This document shows positions 35,562 through 47,824 of a stretch of DNA of 64,000 nt, in pieces. The stretch is from Candidatus Eiseniibacteriota bacterium (GTDB lineage: Bacteria; Eisenbacteria; RBG-16-71-46), in the NCBI GenBank assembly GCA_963717505.1, contig OY970342.1, positions 3,808,001-3,872,000 on the forward strand. The letters are read 5' to 3'. The translations under genes and the position numbers were made by a program. Numbering within the stretch: position 1 is the stretch's first letter; each line of letters opens with the position of its first letter. The notes under the pieces were generated by a model. That model was not told where the DNA came from, ran no database searches, and saw nothing but the letters and a program-made list of their open reading frames with translations.

Positions 35562-36716
35562 ATGACCCCTCGCCACTGGACAAGCCGCCTGAGGCCGCTC
35601 GCCGTCGGGATCGCCCTGCTGGCCGCCGGATCTCCCGCATCCGCCGGGTCCTTGCGCTTCCACGGCAACGGGGTCGGCGACATCGATCGGACCAAGATTC
35701 CGATCGACGCCCCGGCCCGCCCGGTGGACGTCGCCGGCGACTTCACCCTCGAGTTCTGGTTGCGGGCGCTGACGGGCGAGAACGACGCGGCCGAGTGCCT
35801 CTCGGGCAGCGACGGCTGGATCTACGGCAACATCGTGTTCGATCGCGACGTCTATGGCGCCGGCGACCTCGGCGACTACGGCGTTTCGCTGTTCGCCGAC
35901 GACCTGGCGTTCGGGGTCGCGGTCGGTAACGACGGCCAGGGTGTATGCGGCGGCGGGCCACTGGCCGACGGCCGGTGGCACCACGTGGCGGTAGCGCGCC
36001 GCAGCGCCGACGGCTGGATGGCGCTGTTCGTCGACGGCGCTCTTTCCGCCGAGGTGTTCGGCCCGACCGGCAGCATCGCGTATCGAAACGGTCGCTCGAC
36101 GTCGTGGCCGGACAGCGACCCTTACCTGGTGATCGGCGCCGAGAAGCACGACGCCGGTCCGGCCTATCCCTCGTTCCGCGGCTGGGTCGACGAAGTGCGG
36201 ATCTCGAGCGTGGTTCGCTACACCGGCGACTTCGCCCGGCCCACGGCGCCGTTCGCCGCGGACGCGTTCACGGTCGGGCTCTACCACTGCGACGAAGCTA
36301 CCGGCGATACGCTGCACGACACGTCGGCGGCATCCGGCGGACCGAGCCACGGACTCAGGCGATTCGGCGGCACACCGGCGGGGCCCGAATGGTCCGCGAG
36401 TTCGTTCACCGATCCCATCACTGGGGCGCCGCCGCTCCACCGCGACGTGAGCTTCATCGTCCGCCCCCACCCGGCCCGCGCCGCGACTCGATTCGAGTTC
36501 GCGCTCTCGACCGGAAGCCCGGTGCGCCTGCGCCTGTTCGACGTGCTCGGCCGCCACGTGCGCACGCTGAGCGACGGACCTCGGGGGGCCGGGGCGCACT
36601 CGTTGCCCTGGGACCTCGAGGACGAAGCCGGGCGTCCGGTCGTTCCCGGTTTCTATCGCGCCGAACTGGTGATCGGTGAGCGCACGCTGTGGCGGCCGGT
36701 GATCGTCGTTCGCTGA
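35562..36716 (+). CDS. Secreted LamG/concanavalin-A-like protein with C-terminal FlgD-Ig/CTD-like domain
   Basis: Signal peptide; DFTLEFW, DGRWHHVAV, LFVDG, FRGWVDEVRIS; tail PHPAR...VRLRLFDVLGRHVRTL...WDLEDEAGRPVVPGFY. Confidence 0.85.
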   Translation: MTPRHWTSRLRPLAVGIALLAAGSPASAGSLRFHGNGVGDIDRTKIPIDAPARPVDVAGDFTLEFWLRALTGENDAAECLSGSDGWIYGNIVFDRDVYGAGDLGDYGVSLFADDLAFGVAVGNDGQGVCGGGPLADGRWHHVAVARRSADGWMALFVDGALSAEVFGPTGSIAYRNGRSTSWPDSDPYLVIGAEKHDAGPAYPSFRGWVDEVRISSVVRYTGDFARPTAPFAADAFTVGLYHCDEATGDTLHDTSAASGGPSHGLRRFGGTPAGPEWSASSFTDPITGAPPLHRDVSFIVRPHPARAATRFEFALSTGSPVRLRLFDVLGRHVRTLSDGPRGAGAHSLPWDLEDEAGRPVVPGFYRAELVIGERTLWRPVIVVR

Positions 36717-36926
36717 CGCACCGGTCGGCACGACTCCGGCGTTGGGAACTTGCCGGCGGAGGGCCACTCCGCTAACTTGCGGCGTTCTGCCGCCGGTCCC
36801 TGGTGTTCGGCGGCCATCCTACCGCCGATTCAGACGCCCCTTCACCGCATCCTGCAAGGCGTCCATCGGACGATGTCTCTGGCGATTACCGCCCGTCGAT
36901 TCACCAAATACATGAAGGAGCACACG

Positions 36927-39389
<2,463 letters not shown>

Positions 39390-39403
39390 TCGGACGCGGC
39401 TCA

Positions 39404-39446
39404 CGAGAAACGCCCCCGTGGCCAACGTGCCGCGGGGGCGTTCTCG
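39404..39446. terminator. Hairpin terminator between convergent hppA and the pterin dehydratase gene
   Basis: CGAGAAACGCCCCCGTGG...CCGCGGGGGCGTTCTCG inverted repeat. Confidence 0.7.
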
Positions 39447-39453
39447 TTATGGA

Positions 39454-39792
39454 CTAGCGCTTGGGAACCAGGTCGTTGACTTTGGCCGCCAGAATGAAGT
39501 CGTTCTGGTGCAGACCGCCGATCTTGTGCGTCCAGGTCTCGACTTCGACCTTGCCCCACGCGACCAGGAGGTCGGGGTGATGCTGCTCGCGTTCGGCCAG
39601 CTCGCCGACCGCGACCGCGAACGCCATCGCACTCTTGAAGTCGGGGAACGAGAACACCCGGCGCAGGCGCTTGATCCCGTCCGGGTCGACGACGTTCCAG
39701 CCCGGAACTTCGGGCATGAATCCGGCGATCTCGGCGTCGGTCAACACCGGTACGCCGCCGCGACACGGAACGCAGGTCGATTCGGTGAGCAT
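39454..39792 (-). CDS. phhB: Pterin-4a-carbinolamine dehydratase
   Basis: CVPCRGG, AEREQHHPDL, WTHKIGGLHQNDFILAAK. Confidence 0.92.
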   Translation of the reverse strand: MLTESTCVPCRGGVPVLTDAEIAGFMPEVPGWNVVDPDGIKRLRRVFSFPDFKSAMAFAVAVGELAEREQHHPDLLVAWGKVEVETWTHKIGGLHQNDFILAAKVNDLVPKR

Positions 39793-39816
39793 GGTCTCCT
39801 CCTGGCTTGGGCCCGA

Positions 39817-40704
39817 TTAGAAGGTCACGTCGACGCGCAAACCACCGCCGGCCCGCGACAACAACGGCGACCAGGTGACTTTGGGCCGGTTCTCAGCGCC
39901 GGCATCGCGGCGCGCCGCCCGCTCCTCCCAGCGCCGCACGACGGTGCGCGAGGTGATTGCGCCCATCGCCGCGGAGATCCAGACGTCCGAGGGCCAGTGG
40001 GACTCGCTGTCGATCCGCTGCAGCGCTATCGAGGTCGCGGCGAAGTGCGTGAACACCCAGATCGGGCGGCCGAGCCGGGTCCGGAAGCCATGGTGGGACA
40101 GAATTCCCGCAAGCTCGAAGGCCACCGACGCGTGCCCGGAGGGAAACGAGGTGCCCTCACCCGGATCGAAGGCGTATGGCCCCTCGCCCTCAAAGGGTCG
40201 CTTGCGGCCCACCAGAATCTCCGCAACGTTGCGAATGCCGCCGGTGGTCAGGTGCGACTCCAGGATCTGCGTGGGAATCACGGCGAGCGGCTCGACCGCC
40301 GGCCATGGCTCGCGCGCGATCCACCCGACGGCCGCGGTCCCGGCGTAGTAGGCGCTGGTGTTGCCCATGTTCCCGACCGGTTCCCATTGCCGGCCGAGGT
40401 AGAGCACGGCGTCGTAGAAATCGTTGCCCTGCGCGCGCTGAAAGGCATCGAGGATCTCCTGGTCGTTCGCGTACAGGATCGCCCCCACCCCGAACACGCC
40501 AGCGGTCTGGATCCAGCCCGCTCTTCCCATACGAAATGGGGACGACACCATGTAGGCGAGGTCCTCGGCGAACAGACGAACGCCACTCGTGATCCCGCCG
40601 CGGAAGTCGGACCCGTGCGCCGGGGTTGCGGCGGTCGCGAGTGCGACCAGCGCGCAAACCGCGTGCACCGCCCCGTTGGACCCTAAGGGATTCCGGGAAC
40701 GCAT
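39817..40704 (-). CDS. PAP2-family (phosphatase-like) protein
   Basis: VGRKRP, SFPSGHAS, QRIDSESHWPSDV; signal-like N-terminus and terminal Phe. Start uncertain. Confidence 0.82.
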   Translation of the reverse strand: MRSRNPLGSNGAVHAVCALVALATAATPAHGSDFRGGITSGVRLFAEDLAYMVSSPFRMGRAGWIQTAGVFGVGAILYANDQEILDAFQRAQGNDFYDAVLYLGRQWEPVGNMGNTSAYYAGTAAVGWIAREPWPAVEPLAVIPTQILESHLTTGGIRNVAEILVGRKRPFEGEGPYAFDPGEGTSFPSGHASVAFELAGILSHHGFRTRLGRPIWVFTHFAATSIALQRIDSESHWPSDVWISAAMGAITSRTVVRRWEERAARRDAGAENRPKVTWSPLLSRAGGGLRVDVTF

Positions 40705-40911
40705 AGGGTCGAGACCATAGCAGAGGGTCGCGACACTGGACCGTGCCATCCAAGGGCGGATAGGCCAACCCCCGCGCCGCGAGCGGCCTCGAGGCCACGT
40801 AGGGCTTGACTGGGGCGTGGGCATGCGGTGAAGTGGCCCGAGATTTCGCCGCCCACGGGCGACCTGTGGTTCGGCCAGTCACCCCCCACCGCCCCGATCA
40901 GGAGACCTGTC

Positions 40912-42729
40912 ATGAACCGCTCGTTTCAGCGGTGGGCGGCTCTCGCCGGTGTTGCCGCCGGCCTGATGCTCGCCCAGCCCGACGCAGCCACCGCTGCGAA
41001 AGCCGCCAAGGCGTCCAAACCCGCCGAACCTCAAGCCGAAGAGCACATCCTCGCCAACGGCATGAAGGTGATCCTGGTGCCTCGCCACATCTCGCCCACC
41101 GTCGCCGCCGGCTGGGTCGCGCGCGTCGGCTCGGCCAACGAACGCCCGGGAATCACCGGCATCTCGCACCTGTTCGAACACATGATGTTCAAGGGCACCC
41201 ACGTCATCGGTACGCGTGACGTCCAGAAGGACCTGAAGCTGATCGAAGAGCAGGAGAAACTGCGCGACGAGATGCGGGCGGAGGAGTCGAAGCTCCGCGA
41301 CCTCCAGCGCCGGGGCAAGATCCAGGACATGACGCTCCCCGAAGCCAAGACCGCGCGTTACAAGGAACTCGAGGCCCAATTCGACAAGTTGATCGAAGAG
41401 CAGCGGGCCAACATGATCAAGAACGAATTCAACCAGGTCCTACAGAAGAACGGCGCGACGTTCATCAACGCGTTCACCAACGAGGACCAGACCTTCTACT
41501 TCGAAACGGTGCCGGCTAACAAGCTCGAGCTGTGGTTCTGGATCGAGTCCGACCGGCTCAAGAACCCGGTGTTCCGCGAGTTCTATTCCGAGCGCGACGT
41601 GGTCTACGAGGAGCGCCGGATGCGCACCGAGTCGACCCCGACCGGCCGCTTCCAGCAGGCCTTCGATTCGATGTTCTGGGAGGCGAGCCCCTACGCCTGG
41701 CCGGTGATCGGCTGGCCGAGCGACATCGCCAACATCACCAAGGCGCAGGCCGACGAGTACTTCGGCCTCTACTACGCGCCGCAGAACCTGAGCGCGATCC
41801 TGGTGGGCGATTTCGACCCCAAGCAGGCGCTGGCCATGGCCGAGAAGTATCTGGGCTCGATCCCCAAGGGCGCACGGCCGACGCCCGAGATGATCACCAC
41901 CGAGACCAAACAGCTGGCCGAGAAGCGCTTCCTGGCCGAGGCCGAGACCAGCCCGGCGGTCGATGTCCGCTGGCACGCGGTCGCGTTCACGCACCAGGAC
42001 GTCCCGGCGCTCATGGTCCTCGGCGAGGTACTCGACGGACCGACCGGGCGTCTGAATCGCAGTCTGGTGCTGGGTCAAGGGATCGCCACCACCACAAGCG
42101 CCAACGCCGACCCCAAGAAGTACGAGGGCAGCTTTGAGATCCACGCCGAGTGCAAGGACGGAACCTCGCCCGATCAGCTCGAGAAGGCGATCCACGCCGA
42201 GATCGACAAACTGTCCAAGGAACCGGTGACCGCCGAGGAACTGCAGAGCGCGCGCAACCGTTACATGGCCGACAACTACCGGCGCCTGACCTCCAACTTC
42301 CAGATCATGCTGTGGTACGGCGTCGGCGAGGGGCGAGGCTCGTGGCGCGACGTCGATCGTATCGCCGCCGAGACCCAGAACGTGACCGCCGCCGACCTCC
42401 AGCGTGTGGTGCAGACCTACTTCACCAAGGAGAACCGCGCGGTGGCGCTGTGGAACCGGAAGGGCGGGACCACGGAGGATCCGGCGCTCGCGGCCTTGCC
42501 GCCGCAGGCCCAGACCATGGCCCGCCAGATGCTGGCCCAGATCGCGGCGGCCAAGGATCCCGCCAAGCTCGAGCAGGCGATCGCCCAGATGGACGGCATG
42601 GCCGCGCAGATGCCACCCGAGATGAAACCGGCCATGGACTACATCAAGTCCAAAGCCGAGCAACGCCTCGCCGAGCTCAAGGCCGCTGGAAACACCAGCG
42701 CCGGCGCCGACGCCAACGATTCCAAGTGA
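40912..42729 (+). CDS. M16 (pitrilysin/insulinase) zinc peptidase, catalytic subunit, exported
   Basis: Signal peptide, GISHLFEHMMFKGT (HxxEH), NAFTNEDQT, ERDVVYEERR. Confidence 0.92.
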   Translation: MNRSFQRWAALAGVAAGLMLAQPDAATAAKAAKASKPAEPQAEEHILANGMKVILVPRHISPTVAAGWVARVGSANERPGITGISHLFEHMMFKGTHVIGTRDVQKDLKLIEEQEKLRDEMRAEESKLRDLQRRGKIQDMTLPEAKTARYKELEAQFDKLIEEQRANMIKNEFNQVLQKNGATFINAFTNEDQTFYFETVPANKLELWFWIESDRLKNPVFREFYSERDVVYEERRMRTESTPTGRFQQAFDSMFWEASPYAWPVIGWPSDIANITKAQADEYFGLYYAPQNLSAILVGDFDPKQALAMAEKYLGSIPKGARPTPEMITTETKQLAEKRFLAEAETSPAVDVRWHAVAFTHQDVPALMVLGEVLDGPTGRLNRSLVLGQGIATTTSANADPKKYEGSFEIHAECKDGTSPDQLEKAIHAEIDKLSKEPVTAEELQSARNRYMADNYRRLTSNFQIMLWYGVGEGRGSWRDVDRIAAETQNVTAADLQRVVQTYFTKENRAVALWNRKGGTTEDPALAALPPQAQTMARQMLAQIAAAKDPAKLEQAIAQMDGMAAQMPPEMKPAMDYIKSKAEQRLAELKAAGNTSAGADANDSK

Positions 42730-42740
42730 GGAGGCAGGCC

Positions 42741-44300
42741 ATGACCAAGCTTCTGAGCGTTGCAGCACTCGCCGGCCTCGTCCTTGCGATCGGGGCAGGA
42801 GTTCACGTGACTTCCGGGTTCGCGGCGGAAAGCGGCATCGTCGCGCACCCCGATCAACTCCAGTATCCGGCCCAGAAGTATCAGCCGCCCAAGGCCTCGG
42901 AATATCGAGCCAAGCTCAAGAACGGCATGGTGGCCTACCTGGCCCCGGACCGAACGCTGCCCCTGATCACGATCACCGTGCTGATGCGCGCGGGACAGGA
43001 CCTCGATCCCGCGGGCAAGGAAGGTCTCGCATCGCTGGCCATGCACCTCGTCACCCGCAGCGGCACGCCGAGCAAGACCGCCCAGCAGGTCGAAGACCGC
43101 GTCGCATTCCTCGGCGCCGAGCTCAACTCCGGTCTCGGCGGCGGTGGCGGCGGTTTCTTCGGCGGCGGCGTGCCGATCGGGACTTCGGAAGCGAGTGCCT
43201 CGATCAATGTCTTGTCCAAGGACCTGGACGAGGGGCTCGCCCTGCTGGCCGAGTGCCTCAAGTCGCCGGCCTGGGAAGCGGAACGGCTCAAACTCCGCAA
43301 GGAGCAGACGCTCCAGTCGATGAAGGAGCGCAACGATCAGTCGACCGACATCGAGGCACGCGAGTGGGGATTCCTGACCCGCGGCGAGGGGCACTGGTCG
43401 AACCGGTACCCGACCCAGGCGTCGGTCGACGGCATCACCGCCGCCGACCTTGCCGCGTTCCACAAGCGCTACGTCGGACCCAAGAACTTCGTCTTCGCGG
43501 TCTCGGGCGACTTCGACCGCGGCGAGATGACCAAGAAACTGGAGAAGGCGTTCGCGAGCTGGCCGCAGCCGGGCGAACGGCCCGGAGCGCCGGCGGCGCC
43601 GGCCACCGCCGTGGCCGCCGGCTGGAACCTGGTCGACAAGGACGTGAACCAGGGGCGCGTCTCGATCGGGCTCGCGGCCATCGATCGCTACGACCCGGAC
43701 TACCAGGCCTGTCGCGTCATGAACGACATCCTGGGCGGCGGCGGATTCAGCTCGCGCCTGGTCAACCGCATTCGTTCCGACGAGGGGCTCGCCTATTCGG
43801 TTCGCTCCGGGTTCGAGGGCGGGACGTACTACCCCGAACCGCTGCGCATCATGTTTCAGTCCAAGGTGCGTTCGGTTGCCTACGCGACCGAGGTCGCGCT
43901 CGCCGAAGTGAAGCGCATGCGCGATGAGCCGGTCACCGCGGCCGAGCTGGAGCTGACCAAGAACAAGTTCATCGAGAGCTTGCCGGCGCAGTTCGAGACC
44001 GCGAGCGCGATCGCCGGCGTGCTGGCCGCGGAAGAGCTGACCGGTCGCTACGCCAAGGATCCGAACTACTTCGTCGAGTACCGCGATCGCGTCGGCAAGG
44101 TCGCGGTCGCCGACGTCCAGCGGGTGGCGAAGCGGTTGCTCGATCCGGCCAAGACGACCGCCCTGATGGTGGGCGACGTCGACGAGATGATGCTCGGCGA
44201 CGGCAAGCACGACGCGCGGATCACCGGACTGGCGGGCGGCGAGCCGAAGCGCATCCCGCTGCGAGATCCGATGACCATGAAGCCGATGGCAACCCCTTAG
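42741..44300 (+). CDS. M16 peptidase-like subunit lacking HxxEH (partner of the upstream gene)
   Basis: LKNGMVAYL, GLASLAMHLV in place of HxxEH, ILGGGGFSSRL..IRSDEGLAYSV (R/Y pair); GAGGAGG RBS. Confidence 0.88.
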   Translation: MTKLLSVAALAGLVLAIGAGVHVTSGFAAESGIVAHPDQLQYPAQKYQPPKASEYRAKLKNGMVAYLAPDRTLPLITITVLMRAGQDLDPAGKEGLASLAMHLVTRSGTPSKTAQQVEDRVAFLGAELNSGLGGGGGGFFGGGVPIGTSEASASINVLSKDLDEGLALLAECLKSPAWEAERLKLRKEQTLQSMKERNDQSTDIEAREWGFLTRGEGHWSNRYPTQASVDGITAADLAAFHKRYVGPKNFVFAVSGDFDRGEMTKKLEKAFASWPQPGERPGAPAAPATAVAAGWNLVDKDVNQGRVSIGLAAIDRYDPDYQACRVMNDILGGGGFSSRLVNRIRSDEGLAYSVRSGFEGGTYYPEPLRIMFQSKVRSVAYATEVALAEVKRMRDEPVTAAELELTKNKFIESLPAQFETASAIAGVLAAEELTGRYAKDPNYFVEYRDRVGKVAVADVQRVAKRLLDPAKTTALMVGDVDEMMLGDGKHDARITGLAGGEPKRIPLRDPMTMKPMATP

Positions 44301-44320
44301 GACACCGTTCGAGTTTCACT

Positions 44321-44351
44321 GGGCCGGGGCCGCTGGGCGCGACCCCGGCCC
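44321..44351 (+). terminator. GC hairpin after the M16 pair (weak terminator or processing site)
   Basis: GGGCCGGGG...CCCCGGCCC with only a short T run. Confidence 0.4.
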
Positions 44352-44372
44352 TTCGTATCGAGGAGGCGCACC

Positions 44373-44963
44373 ATGCCCGAGACCATTGTCCGACTAATCG
44401 AGCCGGCGCCGGGATTCGCGGCCGAGGTCGGGTCGTTCCTCGCCCAGCTCGACGATCAGAACGAATGCCTGACCGAGGACACGCGCGGGGCGACGCCGGC
44501 TGAACTCGCCTGGCAGCCGGGCCCCGGCACCAACACCATCGGCATGCTGATCGCGCACATCGCGATCGTCGAGGTCTACTGGCTGATGGTCGCCAACCAG
44601 TCGGTCGGCGACGACTACTTCGCCCGAGTCCGCGACATCCTCGGTATTGGTCCCGACGACGACGGCATGCCGGCGGCCGCGGATGCACCGCCCCCGGCTA
44701 CGCTCGCCGGCAAGGATCTCGCGTTCTACGACGACCTGATGGCCCGCGCCCGCCGGCACACACGCAGCATCGTGTCGCGGTGGGGTCCGGCCGAGCTCGA
44801 CGGCCGCGTCTCGCGTGTTTCACGCCGCGACGGCACCGCATGGACCCAGAACCGTCGATGGATCCTCTACCACGTGCTCGAGCACCAGGCCGGGCACTAC
44901 GGCCAGATCAACCTGCTCCGTCATCTGCATCGCGATCACATGAACGCCCGAGTTGCCGGATGA
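44373..44963 (+). CDS. DinB/DUF664-family protein
   Basis: NTIGMLIAHIAIVE, RWILYHVLEHQAGHYGQI (His triad). Confidence 0.87.
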   Translation: MPETIVRLIEPAPGFAAEVGSFLAQLDDQNECLTEDTRGATPAELAWQPGPGTNTIGMLIAHIAIVEVYWLMVANQSVGDDYFARVRDILGIGPDDDGMPAAADAPPPATLAGKDLAFYDDLMARARRHTRSIVSRWGPAELDGRVSRVSRRDGTAWTQNRRWILYHVLEHQAGHYGQINLLRHLHRDHMNARVAG

Positions 44964-45532
44964 GCGGCGACCTGATCACCCGGCTGTCGACGCTGGGAGG
45001 TTTTCGCTCGCGCGAGATCGCGCGCTTCCTGTGGCAGCTCGACGAACAGAGCCGGCGGCTGACCGGAGACACGCGCGGCCTCACCCCGGCCGACCTCGAG
45101 TGGCAGTGCGCCCCGGGCATGAACACGATCGGCATGCTGCTCGCGCACATCGCGGTCGCCGAGGTTCATCTTACGCAGGTCGGCTTGTTGGCCGAGGCGA
45201 CCGGGCACACGCGCGACGTGATCGGGATCGGCGACGAAGAGGAAGGCTTGCCGCTCGCCCCGGAGGCGCTGCCCTCCCCCGCGCTCGGCGGCCGTTCGCT
45301 CGACTACTTCGACGACCTGCTGAAGCGTGCTCGCGCGCACACTCACCAGGTCGCGCGGCGTCTGGCCGACGACGACCTCGACGTCGACGTCGTTCGACCG
45401 CGGCCGACCGGGGGCCGTCGCCTGTTCAACAAAGGCTGGGTGCTCTACCACATGCTCGAGCACGAAGCCGGGCATCACGCCCAGATCAATCTGTTGCGCC
45501 ACCTGCGATCGATCGGGCGTTCGGAAGCGTAG
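44960..45532 (+). CDS. DinB/DUF664-family protein (paralogue of the upstream gene)
   Basis: ATGA overlap; NTIGMLLAHIAVAE, WVLYHMLEHEAGHHAQI. Confidence 0.87.
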   Translation: MSGDLITRLSTLGGFRSREIARFLWQLDEQSRRLTGDTRGLTPADLEWQCAPGMNTIGMLLAHIAVAEVHLTQVGLLAEATGHTRDVIGIGDEEEGLPLAPEALPSPALGGRSLDYFDDLLKRARAHTHQVARRLADDDLDVDVVRPRPTGGRRLFNKGWVLYHMLEHEAGHHAQINLLRHLRSIGRSEA

Positions 45533-45559
45533 CCCCCTCCCGATGCCCGCCTGAAAGTT

Positions 45560-45595
45560 CGGGGGCCCCGCGGTGACGCGGAGCCCCCGTTGTTG
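45560..45595. terminator. Hairpin terminator between convergent genes
   Basis: CGGGGGCCCCGCG-GTGA-CGCGGAGCCCCCG followed by TTGTTG. Confidence 0.6.
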
Positions 45596-45610
45596 CTGGG
45601 TTCGAGATCG

Positions 45611-46315
45611 TCAGCTGCCCATCTTGATCGCCAGGCCGGCCACCAACTCCCAGTTGCTGTACCAGCTGGTGCCGTACGAGTAGCAGTAGCCGTAGATGTC
45701 GCACCAGTAGTAGTTGCCGGTCGTGATCGCAGTGTCCGTGGTCCGCCAGCGCCCTTCGAGGCGCAACCCCGCCCGATCGTTCACTGCAACCTTGGCGCCG
45801 AGGGCGAAGTTGAAGTTGAACAGCGTCGAACTGCCGTTGTTCGCCGCACTCACGTCCGGGCTGATCGAGATGTCGCGGTGGACGACCGACCAGCCGAACC
45901 CGAGCGAAGCGAACGGCGTGACCTTCTCGTTGCCGGTGGGCTGGTAGCCCAGAAAGTTCATGTCGTAGGAGTCGACCGTGAGTTCACCGATCTTGCCGCT
46001 GGATATGTAGCTGTAGTCGATGCCTCTAGGCGCCAGAACTTCGGAAGTCGCACGCGTGTAGGCGAACTCGACCCCGGAACGCCGGTTCGGGTTTACCGTC
46101 AGACGGCCGCCCCACATGAGGCCGTTCTCCAGCGGCACGGTCGCGTAGTAGCCATAGAGATCCGAGGCAATGTTGTACCCGACGAACGGCGTGAGTTCCA
46201 CGCTGCGTCCGGCGCTGTACTGCGCCTCGGCTCGCGAAGCGCCGAGCCCCGACAGAGCCAGGATGGCCCCGAGGATGGTCCAGCGTGCAACACTCGACTT
46301 CGAACTCGTTCCCAT
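45611..46315 (-). CDS. Small outer-membrane beta-barrel (OmpA/OmpW-like) protein
   Basis: Signal peptide AEA|Q, VELTPFVGY, PFASLGFG, FNFALGAK, GLRLEGRW; loop WCDIYGYCY. Confidence 0.75.
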   Translation of the reverse strand: MGTSSKSSVARWTILGAILALSGLGASRAEAQYSAGRSVELTPFVGYNIASDLYGYYATVPLENGLMWGGRLTVNPNRRSGVEFAYTRATSEVLAPRGIDYSYISSGKIGELTVDSYDMNFLGYQPTGNEKVTPFASLGFGWSVVHRDISISPDVSAANNGSSTLFNFNFALGAKVAVNDRAGLRLEGRWRTTDTAITTGNYYWCDIYGYCYSYGTSWYSNWELVAGLAIKMGS

Positions 46316-46407
46316 GCTGCGGGCCCCCTGGGGTAGTTGGGCCTACCGACGAAGCGATAGAGCCCCAAGAATCAGATGCGACGACTGCGACCTGTTCAGA
46401 GCACGGC

Positions 46408-46866
46408 TCAAGGAACCAGCGGGGTCTCCGCACGAATCTGCAGGTCGATCAACGAATTGATGATGGCTTCGATCTGGGCGAAGCGCGCGCCAGTGATTGG
46501 GGACACGGTCTTCGACACCTTGTCCGTGTATTTCTTGAGCAGCGCCAGGCGCGATGACTCGAGCTTGAATGCGCGGTCGACCAGGCTCTTGGCGGTATTG
46601 GCCGTCATGCTGTCGTAAGTGGCCGCGTAGTCCTTGATCAGCTGCAGGCGCTGGTCGCCCAGCTTGGCCAGCTCGGTCTCGTATTCCCGCTGGATCGGCC
46701 AGAACTTGGCGCCGTCGGCCTCGGACAGGTCGAGGGCCTGGGTGTGGATCTCGGTCTTGGCCGCGCGCAGATCGGACCGCAACATCTCGAGGTATTTGTC
46801 CATGTCGTCGGCCACGGCGAGCGCCGGGGTCAGGACCAGCATCAACAACGGCAACAGCTTCTTCAC
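46408..46866 (-). CDS. Hypothetical periplasmic helical protein
   Basis: GTG with AAGGAGG RBS, signal peptide; LDLSEADGAKFWPIQREYE resembles Spy/CpxP-like helical proteins. Confidence 0.7.
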   Translation of the reverse strand: MKKLLPLLMLVLTPALAVADDMDKYLEMLRSDLRAAKTEIHTQALDLSEADGAKFWPIQREYETELAKLGDQRLQLIKDYAATYDSMTANTAKSLVDRAFKLESSRLALLKKYTDKVSKTVSPITGARFAQIEAIINSLIDLQIRAETPLVP

Positions 46867-46925
46867 CAGAAACCTCCTTGAATCGTGGTCGTGGGCGGGG
46901 TCGAATCTCGGAACAGTGGCGAGGG

Positions 46926-47009
46926 ACGATAGGGTTGGCCCCGAGGCGTGTCAACCGTCCTCGACGCTACGGCCTGGGCGCTTGACACCCCCCCACCGGT
47001 CGCTAGACT
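46926..47009. promoter_or_regulatory. Back-to-back sigma70 promoters
   Basis: Minus: TTGACA (46954-46949), 17 nt, TATCGT. Plus: TTGACA (46982-46987), 16 nt, TAGACT. Confidence 0.6.
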
Positions 47010-47101
47010 CCGCACGTTCATCTCTTCACGTCGAAACCCGCGGTGGGCGCGGTGTCGCCCGCATGCGCCCCGCGTTCGCGCTCTTGCTGGAGGAATGCTC
47101 G

Positions 47102-47734
47102 ATGAAGTTCGATGCCCGTTCCCTGATCGCTGTCCCACTGCTCCTGAGTTTGGTTTCCTGCGGATCGTCGACCAGCCTGGTCGGCCGCTGGAACGATCCG
47201 GCCTATCAGGGCCACTCGGGGCAAAAGGTACTGATCGTGGCGCTGGCCGAGAGCGAGCGCAACGCCAAGGTCTGGGAGGACTCGTTCGGCAAGGCGCTGA
47301 CCGCGGTCAAGGCCCAGCCGATCCCCGGCTCTCAGTTCATTCCGGTGAGCACCGCCGCGGACTCCGCAACCTTCGTCGATGCCGTGCAGAAATCAGGAGC
47401 CGAGCTGCTCGCCGTCACCCGACTGGTCTCGGCCGAGAAGGAAACCAGCTACGTCCCCGGGAGCACCTACTACACGCCGGCGCCCTACCACTACGGCTAC
47501 TACGGCTACTATTACTCGTCGTGGGGCATGGTCAACGAACCCGGCTACTACGTCGAGGACAAGGTCTACAACCTCGAGACCAACCTCTACGACGTCGCGT
47601 CGCGCAAGCTGGTGTGGAGCGGGCTGACGCGCACGGTCAATCCCGAAACCATCCAGATCGCGGCCGACGAGATCACGGAGTCCGTGATCGTCGACATCGT
47701 CAACAGCAAGGTCATCGTCCCCCCGAAGAAGTAG
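47102..47734 (+). CDS. Hypothetical lipoprotein (DUF4136-like)
   Basis: Lipobox LVSC, Tyr/Gly-rich insert, LETNLYDVASRKLVWSG. Confidence 0.75.
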   Translation: MKFDARSLIAVPLLLSLVSCGSSTSLVGRWNDPAYQGHSGQKVLIVALAESERNAKVWEDSFGKALTAVKAQPIPGSQFIPVSTAADSATFVDAVQKSGAELLAVTRLVSAEKETSYVPGSTYYTPAPYHYGYYGYYYSSWGMVNEPGYYVEDKVYNLETNLYDVASRKLVWSGLTRTVNPETIQIAADEITESVIVDIVNSKVIVPPKK

Positions 47735-47762
47735 TTCTTCCGTCGACGACGGCGCACAAACG

Positions 47763-47802
47763 AAGCGGCGGCTCTCGGCAGACCCGAGAACCGCCGCTTT
47801 TT
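47763..47802. terminator. Intrinsic terminator
   Basis: AAGCGGCGGCTCTCGG-CAGAC-CCGAGAACCGCCGCTTTTT. Confidence 0.8.
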
Positions 47803-47824
47803 CGCTGCCCAGTGCGCCCGAAGT

